Origin: Azolla caroliniana
Lineage: Eukaryota > Plantae > Polypodiophyta
DNA length: 64,000 nt
NCBI GenBank assembly: GCA_043228905.1
Contig: JBHGNT010000007.1
Coordinates: 12,586,001-12,650,000, forward strand
Direction: 5' to 3'
Positions 36,869 through 47,990 of the stretch are shown here, piece after piece. Numbering within the stretch: position 1 is the stretch's first letter; each line of letters opens with the position of its first letter. A model generated the notes under the pieces. It did no database searches. It was given only the letters and a program-made list of their open reading frames with translations, and was not told where the DNA came from. The position numbers and the translations under genes are program-made.

Positions 36869-36873
36869 TATTG

Positions 36874-37377
36874 TGTTACCCCGTACGAGATGTACGGAGA
36901 GTCAAGTGTGATGAGCGAGGGTCGAATGTTATCATGATGTTGTGTATGTGTAGGGGGTATAAATATAGTTGTGAGTCTATACATATGTGAACACATACAC
37001 ACGTGTGTGCATGTGGATGGATACGAGGAGGTGTGAGTGAGTGTCCAGTATGAATGCTCGAGGGGGCTTACACCCCTATGTATCTACCCCCTCTTGTACT
37101 ATTTAACCCCTTATTGGGAATGAATGAAATATGAATGAACATTTCTCTATCTCTCAATCTCTCTCTTGTCATCTCTCTCTTCTATCTCCCCTTACGTTGA
37201 ACCCCCTTGGGAGGGGGGTGGAGCCATTCTAGGCACCACCCCCCACCCCGCAATGCTTCTCAATGCACATGATCTCTCTTGCCATCAATCCCATACTCTC
37301 CATCATCATCATAACCACCATGTCTATCTTTATCATGATTATCATCGTCCTTAACCCTAACCCTAAAACGTATAACA
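36874..37377 (+). repeat. Family B 3' LTR (504 bp)
   Basis: TG...CA ends. The last ~130-150 bp are homologous, though diverged, to 30895-31042. Followed by TSD TCGCC. Confidence 0.82.
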
Positions 37378-37382
37378 TCGCC

Positions 37383-38697
37383 GCTAACATTCTTCTTCCT
37401 CCTCCCGGTTGCTCCGGGGTTCGATTTGCCTTACCGGTGCTGCTTGTTAGTTTAGCAAGTTATATTCGCATTGGTCCATTGTGTGCGTTCTGGAGTGGCA
37501 TAACATGCACTATGTCCGCATGGTACATTCTATTGCCGAGTGCCCGGCATTGAGACAAGTCGTACATTGTATAGCTTGCCGAAACCGTAGGTCATCTTCT
37601 GTTGGTAATATACGTTGGAGTGCCCCCATTGTTAGCCACGAGCTTGTTTTCTCCATCTCCCTGGCCCTTTCTATGACTTGGTCGATCGTGCTGGTGCGGA
37701 AATCAATCACTGTGCACACCGTACGCAGGGGTTCCTTGAGTGCGGCTAGGAATATTGATTTCGCCTCCTCCACTGGTGGTGCCCGATTGAGCTGACTATG
37801 CATTCGCTGGAATCGGATTACGAGTTGCTGAATGGTTTCCGTAGGTTCCTGCCGTATGGTGTAGAATAGGTCGACCATCTCCAGTTGAACCACCTCTTTG
37901 TTGAAGAACTGTAAAAATCTGGTTTTTAAGTCCTCAAACATCGTGATGGTGCTGGGAGTGTGTGTCAAGCGCCATCGTGTGGCTGGTCCTTCCAAGGTCA
38001 TGCCGAACTCTGCAATCTTCGAGCGTTCCACTTTAGTGGCGGTCAAGCGTTGTGACACATGGTTTGCTTCCCATGTTTGCAGAAATGCATAGACATGAGT
38101 TGCTATGTCCGGATCATCCCGGTACTTGGGATATTGGAACGACATGTCGTCGTCCAGTATCGGAGGTCTCCCCTCTTCTTTCGAGGACGAAGGTCTTTCC
38201 TCCTCTTCTTTCAGTGTCAAAGGTCTTGCCTCCTCTTCTTTTGGTGACTCTCATGGCAGTGTCGGGAGTTGATCCGCCACTTGCCAATCTGGGGCTTCCA
38301 GTTTTGTTAATTCCGGTTGTGGTGTTGGCCAGGTATCTCATTGCTTGTTCTCGGGTCCGTCTAGGGTGTCGTGGCTACTACGGTAATTCGAATGGGCGTT
38401 GCATTCGCCATACGAATCCGATTCAAAGGCCGAGAATGGTTCCGAATCGCCTCCCCCTATCGCTAGTGCCTGCATGATGGATTCCGCATCCTGGAGACTG
38501 CTCACGCAGCTTCCTTCGTCCGGTTGGGAATTTTGCTGTCCGCTGAGTGACTCGGCGGCCACTCGGTGGATTACTTTGGAAAATGAGCGATCCGGACAGA
38601 TCTCTTCTGCCGCTTGTTGGAAAGCCTCTCGCTTCCGCAATTGTTCAGCAAGTCTTCTTGCTCGCTCCATAACCGGGTCGTTTGTTGGTCTAGTCAT
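37383..38697 (-). pseudogene. Family A gag (N-terminus, capsid-like region, zinc knuckles), copy X
   Basis: ORFs 38338-38697 and 37510-38220 (FQYPKYRDDPD, CTTCLNAGHSAIEC). Starts ~30 nt after the PBS. Confidence 0.85.
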
Positions 38698-38727
38698 CCA
38701 TGCCCGCCGTTGTTCGCTACGTGAGTG

Positions 38728-38745
38728 CAGGAATCGTGGTCGCCA
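38728..38745 (-). promoter_or_regulatory. Primer-binding site, tRNA-Arg-like (family A)
   Basis: Minus strand TGGCGACCACGATTCCTG, 7 nt after the 5' LTR end and upstream of gag. Confidence 0.78.
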
Positions 38746-38752
38746 AAAACTG

Positions 38753-39203
38753 TGTTATCACTAGGGCAAGACGATGGCCTAACACCGGGTGTCCCTCTGA
38801 GACACTTCACCAAAGGGTGTTGCAGTGAGATAGAGTTAGACCAATGGTTAATGGAACCCTAATGGGTACTAGCAGCAATATCATTAGTCACAATACACGC
38901 GTAGGATAATTTACACTTAGCACAAAACGGTAATTAACAATGATTTAGATAGAGAACAACAACACTCTATTAATTATCCGCTAATGCTTACAATCTAGCC
39001 GGCCCTTTTTATAGGTGTCTGGCTTTAGGTACAAACCGGTGCCAACCGACAACTGGCTACGAACCGGTCCGGATCCGGATTGGCATACCGATTCTGTGTC
39101 CGTCTGTTCGCTTCTCAAAATAATAAAAAATATATAATCAGCTCCCGGTTATTAATTATCCCCTCGTTTCCCATTCTGGACTTCCCTTGCCGGACGACTA
39201 ACA
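38753..39203 (-). repeat. Family A 5' LTR (about 451 bp)
   Basis: Homologous to the other three A LTRs. TGTTATCAC... to ...GACTAACA. Minus-strand CCTATAAAAAGG near 39004-39015. Confidence 0.85.
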
Positions 39204-40389
39204 GTCATGCTAATATCCGGTGGTATGGGATGTTGGTGGTAGGTTGGCTATGTCCAGATCATAGCTCGGGGGTGGTCGGGTGGAACGGGTTCTTCTATCC
39301 AATCTATTTTCCTTCTTTTACTTTACTTTGGTCTATTGATTAGTAATAGACTCTTGACAATGGTATTAGAGCATTCACTAACAATTTTTTTTGTTGTTTT
39401 GATGTTTTTTGCGTGTGAGCGATGGGGATCTAACAAGGCTCGTCATACTCTTCACAGGATCAAAACAACATTCTTAACCCGGTATTCTTCTTTCTTGATC
39501 TCTCTCTCCTTTTCTATGATGCGTTCTTCTTGGTTGAATCAAATTTGTATCAAGTTTTATTTTCTTTCTTTCTACTTTCTACCATGATACAAATTTAATT
39601 ATTATTGTGCACCGGGCCGTGTGTGTTTGCACTAATCGCACACGCTCAAGTCATGGCCCTTTTCAATATTACGATGTATCTCCCGCTCCCCCCTCTCTTG
39701 AGCCATCTCTTAGAATAATAATTATTCTTGTGCATTGGGTCGAGCATGCTTACCTAATCGCACACACTCACCTCATGGCCCTTTTGGATATGATGTTGTG
39801 TATGCCACTCTTCCCTTTATTGAACCATCACTTGGCCGATTCTATGGGATGCTGTGGCCTTGACAAGGTGTATGTCGCCTACCTATGCCACTCTACTCTC
39901 TATTGAGCCATCACCTGACCGATTCTATGGGATGTGGTGGTCTTGAGGAGGTGCATGTTTACTACCCTAGGGTTTCTTACCTTATGGCATGCTTAATGTT
40001 CATACACCTAATTGATTATTATTCTACCTATTTTTTAATTACACAAGTTATATTCTCCCTTTCTTAAGATTTTCTTATGATTTCCATCTACCCACCCACA
40101 CTTCACTATTTTTTTTAACCTTAATTTTTATGTTCATCTACACTATTTACGTGTGTTTTCCTATTGGGTAACGATTTTGTGTAGTCTATTTTTTTCGTAT
40201 TAAGTGGGCATCATGCTGCTTTTTAAATATTTTTTCCAAAGTGTCCTCTAGGTTTAACTCATCTAATTGAGCCTTAGAACTCGATTAAAAACACATGAGT
40301 TCCCCTATTGATGTGATCAAAATTTCAAGCATTCATTTTGCTTGTGTATTTTTTGAACCTCCTTATTTATATTGCATACCCACAACTTG

Positions 40390-41660
40390 CATCATGGAAC
40401 AAGTTTTGAACGTTGTTGGAGCGATCTCTCCGACCGAGACCTCTCAACTCCAATCCACATCTTGCACAAGTTGAGATCACTATTGAGAAATTGCTCACTA
40501 CTACCTTGAATCAATTGGCCGAAATGAGGCAAACCGTCTTTTGAAAAGAAATTCCAAGAATTGACTATTGAATCGAAGAAAGAAGGTGAACCTTCTTTCA
40601 TAGTAACGCCATTCAAGGGAGATAAGAAAGAAAGACTGAGGAGGCGATTAACACTTGCCTTGGTCGTCGGAAGTCTTACTTTGAGCTCCACCCCAAGCCC
40701 GATGCTATAAAAATTGGTTATGGCGGTCGTGAGTTAGGTGGCCGAGTTGTTGCTTGGTGGTGCGGCCTAAGGACTGCAAAGAACTTACCCACAACTTGGG
40801 AAGGTTTCGTTGATGTTTTTAAGAAACAATTTTTGCAACCACCTTCTCAAACTGAACAAGCGCAACACTTGCTCACGTTGTCGAGTAAGCCATTTACCTC
40901 TCTCGAGGATTACGTGCATCATGCTCGGACCAGATCCAAAAATCGGGACTTACGGGTGAGAAATGGTTTGTTGCTTGCTTTTTGAATGGTATTCCCAATG
41001 GTGATTACCATTGGATTTTCCATGGCAAGCACCCCACAACTTTCGAGGAAGCCTTCAACATTGTACTTCGGTACCATAGAATTTCCAAGAAAGACCACAA
41101 TAAAAATGAGTTCGCCAAAACTCTGAATGTCAAGTTCATTGGGAAACGTAAGCAATCCAGTGACACTCTTGACCGCGACTCCAAGAAACCGAACCTCTTC
41201 TGTGCATATTGCAAGAAGTGGGGCCACACAAAGGATACCTGTCGTCATCTTCAGAGGAAGTCAATGAACACCCTTCCTCAAGACAAATCTACGAGTCACA
41301 CAAGTGAGGTGTTTGATGTTGTTGAAGTTCATACCAACCACTTAAGTTCATGTGAATGCACTTTTCCTTCACATTTACTTGGACCTAATGATTTACTCCG
41401 AGCAGTCGGGTATATCAATCGAACACAAGCACATTCTTGTTTGATTCTGGTAGTTCTCTCAATTTTCTTAATGATCACTTTGTGCAGCAAATGGAACTCC
41501 ACAGAAGCACAAGTGATCATATCTATCAAGTTCACATGGCAAATGGAAGCGTTCAATACGTTAGTGGCATTGTTTGTCATCTTGAGAAAAAAAAAATCGA
41601 TTTTGGGGAATGGGGTGAGTGTAGTACAAGTGTCATTTAAGATAAGGAGTGGGGGGAACA
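40390..41660 (+). pseudogene. Highly degenerate Ty3/gypsy gag-protease remnant
   Basis: Zinc knuckle CAYCKKWGHTKDTC (ORF 40982-41665). Protease-like FDSGSSLNFL...VHMANG (41437-41640). Purine tract AAGGAGTGGGGGGAA followed by TG near 41661. Confidence 0.65.
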
Positions 41661-42058
41661 TGTGAGGAGATGTTCTTTCCATTTGGGGGCTATTTTCCCC
41701 TCACATTGTTTTTGGCGCTTCCCCTCAAACCAACTCCTCTTACTCCTCTTCCTCTATCCCTCTGAGCTCTTCATCTCAGACATCCATGTCAGGTTTCTGG
41801 TTTTCCTCCAATGTAAGAGGTTTGTTAGGGTTTAGGGAGAATATCTCAGACATCCATGTTAGGTTTCTGGTTTTGAGTTGAGGATTTCTTGTTTTGTTAA
41901 GGTTTCTGTTTTAGGGTTTGAGCTGAGGATTAGAGACTGTTCTGAGGCCTCTTATAACAGCCAATAGTGACTTCTTCGAGAACGATTTTCTTGCTTCTTC
42001 CACCAATTGCAGTTTATCTCGTGGTGATTTGAGGCTTTTTCCACCGAGGCAAGGATCC

Positions 42059-42306
42059 TTCCACCGAATCGAGGCGGCATATCACACAGATTCAAGGCTT
42101 CCTCCACCATTGGAGGTTCCTTCCACCAAATTGAGGCGGCATATCACACAAATTCAAGGCTCCCTCCACCATTGGAGGTTCATTCCACCAAATCGAGGTG
42201 GCATATCACACAGATTTAACGCTCCCTCCACCATTGGAGGTTCCTTCCACCAAATCGAGGCGGCATATCACACAGATTCAACGCTCCCTCCACCATTGGA
42301 GGTTCC
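42059..42306. repeat. Tandem repeat, 4 x 62 bp
   Basis: Units ttccacc.aat.gagg.ggcatatcacac...cctccaccattggaggttc start at 42059, 42121, 42183 and 42245. Confidence 0.92.
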
Positions 42307-43493
42307 TTTCCAGTACTACATTTCAGAACTATTTTTTCATTTTCAGTACTAAATGTTTTCATTTCTAAAAATTTGTGAATAAAGAAATGTTAATTGTCAT
42401 CTTTGATCCATAATTCTAATGTCCAAAACGAATTATTTCTCACTTTGCAGCCGCATTTAAAAACATTTTATTGTGATTTCTTAGTGTAGTCTATATAACA
42501 TTAACTACTCTTGCAAGACACTTAATTTTTTTGGATAAATCTAGTGACCAAATGGGGATCCCCAACGAGAGTGAGTTGTCAAGTAACTCATGTATATCTG
42601 AAAGGACCAAGAGACGAGTGGTTCTTCACATAGCCTGTTATTTGGTAGAAATAACGAAGAGATTTGGCGAAGAGGATCGTAGGGATATTATATGTAGAGT
42701 ATTACACCATCAATGTTTGAATGAAGACATGGGGAGAATAAAATTTAGGGACCAATGTGTTTCAGAAGAGATTGTAGAGTCTATGAAGTCATCCCTAGAC
42801 TTAGTGAAAGGTGTAGAGAGCATAGACAATCTTGTTGCAAAGAGGGAAACCCTACACATGGTTGTGAACGGTGCGAGAGAAAAAAAATATAGTGATACTA
42901 AAGTTGCCAACATACATTTCCCCACTTGATTGTGCCTTGCATCTGGCATAATTGCAATAGGCAGCCAACCCCCCGCCATATTTGATGGGTCTCTGGGCAG
43001 TCCCACACACCGTATCGGATTGATTCTATTGCATTTGGGCATGCTACACAATTAGGAGAGCTAAGGTTCCCACTCTGCCATGCTCCAACCGGCAGTGACT
43101 TATGTATTAATAGCCATTAGAACGTGGTAAATCACCTTGCATGTAGTTTCCAGATTTTCTGCCAAAACTTGGTGATAATTGTGTGAGGAACATGATGTGT
43201 GCCAGACCTTTGTAAATTTTTTATAGTATTTGGAAGAAGCACCACATCATTTGGGTACAACAAAAGCATTCTTCTTCAATAATAACTTCTTCAATGCATA
43301 GACCAAATATAATAACTATATTCTCGATGATAAAGTTACTTCTTCAATGCATTCTTCTTTTAGAAACGTTGGCAACTTTTTGTTCTAATTTACCTATGCA
43401 TAGACCAATTAGAGTTGGTGAGAGTGAGAATCCTTACATAATACCAATGGTGCTACTAAAATAATTTGAAATTCAATTGTTTATATGCACTTC

Positions 43494-43684
43494 AAATTGA
43501 AACTGTATATTCACACGATACCCTAATTTCTCCTATGCACCTCCAAAGATGCTCATGAGTTACCATATCAAACGCTTTTATACCAATAGATTATAGAAAT
43601 TGAAATTGTATATTCACACGGTACCCTAATTTCTCCTATGCACCTCCAAAGATGCTCATGAGTTACCATATCAAAAGCTTTTAT
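43494..43684. repeat. Tandem duplication, period 103 bp
   Basis: aaattgaaa.tgtatattcacacg.taccctaatttctcc...ccatatcaaa.gcttttat at 43494 and 43597. Confidence 0.9.
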
Positions 43685-46600
43685 GAAGTCTACAAAGCAA
43701 CAATATAAACACTTACCTCTCAAGTGATTTTCTTCTATACCATGTGAAGGGTGACATGTTGATCGGTGGTGCTATGGTGTTTTCATTTGAATAAGTCTTT
43801 TTTATTTCAGCAAATGCTTTTGATGATTTTCTATATCCTTGACTACATCTAAGCTCATAAGGTACTTTTAGCTTTATAGTAATCATTATCAAACCATGTT
43901 TTCTTTGAACTATATTTCTTGATGCCTTTACAAGGTGTGTGCTTGATCAAAAACACATTTGTTTTTGTATGAGAATATGCTTTTCTTTATTTCTTCCCAT
44001 TTATGTTCTAGTATTGTACCATGTTGTAACTTTGTCATTTGTAACATATCCTAAACCATCTTGGAATACATGTATGCTTGTTTAAGGTTTATGATGTAGT
44101 GTTAATCACCTTCTCATACTCAAACCTTTACATATATTTGAGATCAATACGTAAAGTCCTACGTTTGGATTCTTATGTCCACTCACCAAGTGAAAACTTG
44201 TATATGCAATCCAAGGTAGCTTAAAAAATGGGCAAGAGTGTCAGTTATTATTAAACTTGCAAGACTTAATTATTTTCACACAATTAATTAGATACTTAAG
44301 TTATGTGAGCCTTTACCTCAATTGACCTCTTGATTGGAGAGCAACAAGAAGAAAACACCAACACAATTACTCTTCCATCAGTTCACTCCAAGATATTAAA
44401 AGGCTAGGTTGTATGTATATTTTACCATAAGGGATTAAGGTGGTCTATATGTATGATAGCAATGTCTTAATTGAAACTTGGCTCCATTCAAAATGATTGT
44501 GTAAATTCAAGGTTAGAAGGCTTGAAGTCAATTGCATTAATGCACATCCATGGTATACTTTCTTAGTTGCTTCTTGGCAGAGAAAGTACTCACGAGAAGA
44601 AACATTCTCATGGTGTGGCAACTCCAAATCTAGAAATCAGGAAAAAGGGGGATCATAGCCATATAAATGGGTATATGTATATAGGAAAATAATAATACAA
44701 TAACAAAAACAATAACCCAATGGTTAAGTCCATGAATTGTATAGAAAGGAGCATATAATTCAAGTTCTAATTGACCCATAAAGGAACCATCCCCTATGGA
44801 AAGGGGTTAAGTGAGCATTAAATGGTCTAATGGTGGACATTATAACATAGAAAATTACATCTCAACTCATCTGTACTCGTGTAACATGTAACTGTGTTCT
44901 CCCAAGTTATGATCCATTCCATGCTCCATTAGGGTGGTGACATTTGCACAAAGAAACTAATCAATGTCATGTAGTCCACGTATACATAGGCCTACATAAG
45001 GACCTTAATGTGACTTCTGAACAAGGAGGCACATATAGATCTTGTGCAATGAAAAAGCCTCAATCAACATCTAGAGAGATTGAAGATGGATCTATCATAT
45101 AACATCTACCCCAAAAACTAAAAACCTCCCTATCAATTGGAAACAATGCTCCACTCCATCCTTCATACTTCCCTTAATAATATGTACCTAACAATGGTCA
45201 AAGGGGTGCAAGCAATGAATGACCTCCTAATGTTTTTGTTATGTGACTAGATGGCATAGAATGTAACAATATTTTTTCTTCCAATTCTAAGAGCACTTGT
45301 TTCGTGAGCTCCCACCATGAACAATATGAGAGGTTTCTTCAAAAAAAAACTCGTCATCATCCCCGAGATAAGATATTCTCTTAGGTACCTATAGACTACA
45401 TCATGTAAATAAACCTAGAGTTGCCCAATTATAAAATATGACAATATAACATAATATAAATTTATCAAAATCATTCATAGGTAGAGAAAAACAGAGCAGA
45501 GAATGAAGAACACAATGACGACTGTCGAACAAATTGCGGATGGAGCAAACAACGATGCCACCGTGAGATGATCACACAACACGAACAACAAGTCGACTAC
45601 AGAGCAGCTGCATACACAATTATCAGCTGGCTTGTACATGCGAGCAGGGGAGTCTAGTGCACCCCCCCAAAGAAGTGTTCGTTTGCCAACAATGATTTCT
45701 TTACCGAATTTGCTTACCAATAAACCTCTGATTATGCAAAATGTGTATTATCAAGGTTTGCCTAACCAATGTTTTGTATGTCGTCAGTTTGGTCATTTAG
45801 GTCAAGAGTGTCAAAAGCGACGCCCAAATGTTGAATCCCATCCACCTCCTCGATCAGCTGCTAATAATGATGGATGGTCTTCAATTTCTACAAAACATGT
45901 TTTCAAGCCGACGAATACATTGGTTAACCCATTGTTATTACTCCAAGGTAATCCTTATCATTCGTTGTAGGAAGTGGAAAAGGATGTCAATAGTAAGAAA
46001 GTGGATGCTACAAAGGAACAACGAGTGGAACAAAATTCGCAGGATATCCTTTTACAGGTACGAGAGTCGGACCATGTTACAAAGGTTAATAAACAATCTA
46101 ATAAGGGTAAACAAATTGTTTTCGGTCAAATACAACAGATTGATATGTCCTTACTTGTGAATGATGTTAAACAAAATGAAGGGATCAAGGTAGATCTTGT
46201 AAATGTTGACATGGATAGTGAGAATATAGGTGATTTCACTTCTATTGCTAGGTCTTCGGATAGGATAGATAAACACATGCCAGTGCGTTCACATAAGGTG
46301 ATTGGGAAAGACCTTTGGGCTAATAAGAGACAATTACAAGCCTTGGAGGATGGAAGGAAGGGTAGAGATGTCGCTCTTGCTAAAAGGAGAATAGGGGTAA
46401 AAACTATGATTGATGGATAGGTTAAATATTATTTCATGGAATGTACGAGGCTTAGGAGGCAAAAATTGTCGTAAAGTAAGGTGTTTTCCGTCAGCAGTTG
46501 AGAAAGTCTTTGGTAGGTAGGATTGATATTCTTCTTATTCAAGAGCATCATTTAAATGAGCAAAGGATTCAAAAATATGGAAATATGATGCCAGGCAAGT

Positions 46601-47990
46601 GGATACAGTTTTGGGTGCCCGCAGTTGGTGATAATTGTTTGAAAGCTAGACTTTGCATTGCATTAAATGATACTTGGTTGGGTTCCTTCTTGCATTATGG
46701 AGTCTTGACATGTGGTCGAGGTCAATATGTAATTTTTCAAATAGGATTGAAAAAGTGGGGTCTCATGAATATTTATGCACCGAACTATGCAAGAGATCGA
46801 GAGATATTATGGAACAACATACTTTCACAGGTACCTAGTGTGGATCATTGGGCGATGGTGGGTGATTTCAATATGTTGGAGGATGTGTGTGATAGGTTAG
46901 GAGGCATACCGCATGCAATTTCTGGTTCAGAATTATATGACTGGGAACATTTGATTTTTTCCTTGGTATTAATGGACTTGTGGCAAGTGTCTTCTTTTGT
47001 AAAGATGCAAGATTCTTTAGCTTATTCAAAATCAGATAGAACAGAGTCAAATACCAATTTGTCTAGGCTAGATAGGTTCTATGCTGATAATTTTTTATGG
47101 GATAAAGGAGGGTTTATTGGAATCCTTCCTTCATTCTCCTTCTCGGATCATGCACTACTTCGTTTAGCTATAATCTTGCAAGACCAGTCTAGAACTTCGA
47201 GATTTAGAATTCCGAATCATGTGGTTCTTAACCAAGATTGGGCTTCTAATTTGTACAATCTATGGAATAAGTAGGATTATTCTTATGATTTTGCTTTACC
47301 TACTGTTCAGAAGGCTATTATTGAAATACAACAATTCTTTCACGGTAAGGCTAAACAAGTATTTCATGCATCGTTTACTAAAATAGGAAGACTTCGTAGG
47401 GGATTGCGGTCCTTGCAACATCTTCAAGAGAGAAGGCCATATTCAACTTCTATAAGCTCTAGAGTGATACAAGTAGGGAATCAGATTTTGGAGTTACAAA
47501 AGGTTTCAACTGATTTTACATATCATAATATACTCTCTGAATGGGCAGAGTCGAGAGATAAAGTGAATAAACAGTTCTTTGCAATGTGTAATCATCATAA
47601 GCCGACTGCTAGGATTTCTTGTTTAAAATGTCATGATGGCTCTTATACCACTAATCCTAGTCAGATGCGTCAAATAACGTCAAATTATTATGAAAATTTG
47701 TTGAAGGCTAGATCCTTTTCTAGAGATGATTTGTTTAAACGGGATATTGTATGGTCAAGGATGCAAAGTAGGGTATCTATACAACTTTCAGATTGTCTTT
47801 TGAAACCATTAAGCCCTCAGGAGACTTTGAAAGCGGTAAAGACCTTAGCAAAGGATGTTTGTCCTGGATTAGATGGGTTGGGGGTTCAATGGTATATAAA
47901 GTATTGGGATTTGATAGGTGAGGAACTGACCAAAGCTTATCAACAAATTTTAGATTCTGGAAATATGCCACAAGATTGGAATGAGGGGTT

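Larger units (their letters stand above)
30883..37377 (+). mobile_element. Non-autonomous LTR element, family B (LARD-like), carrying copia T2
   Basis: Partial 5' LTR about 30883-31042. PBS TGGCGACCACGATGGGATC at 31048-31066. Purine-skewed non-coding interior. tRNA-like motif 36829-36868. 3' LTR 36874-37377 (TGTTACC...AACCCTAACCCTAAAACGTATAACA). Confidence 0.8.
20479..39203 (-). mobile_element. Ty3/gypsy family A, copy X (5' LTR, PBS, gag, pol, ORF3), split by the 26881-37377 insertion; 3' end lost
   Basis: 5' LTR 38753-39203. PBS 38728-38745. Gag at 38697-37383 resumes at 26880. PR 25948-26433. RT 24688-25650. RH/INT about 22800-24700. ORF3 20479-22498, fused by deletion to gag of copy Y. 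Confidence 0.88.

Noticed and set aside
2274-39208. Outer family A LTRs as the pair of one element
   Set aside because: Flanks do not match (TGGGT vs GTCAT) and the LTRs are too diverged. No TSD.
42059-42306. Regular repeats with an internal palindrome, superficially CRISPR-like
   Set aside because: No unique spacers, no cas genes, eukaryotic context. It is a plain tandem repeat.
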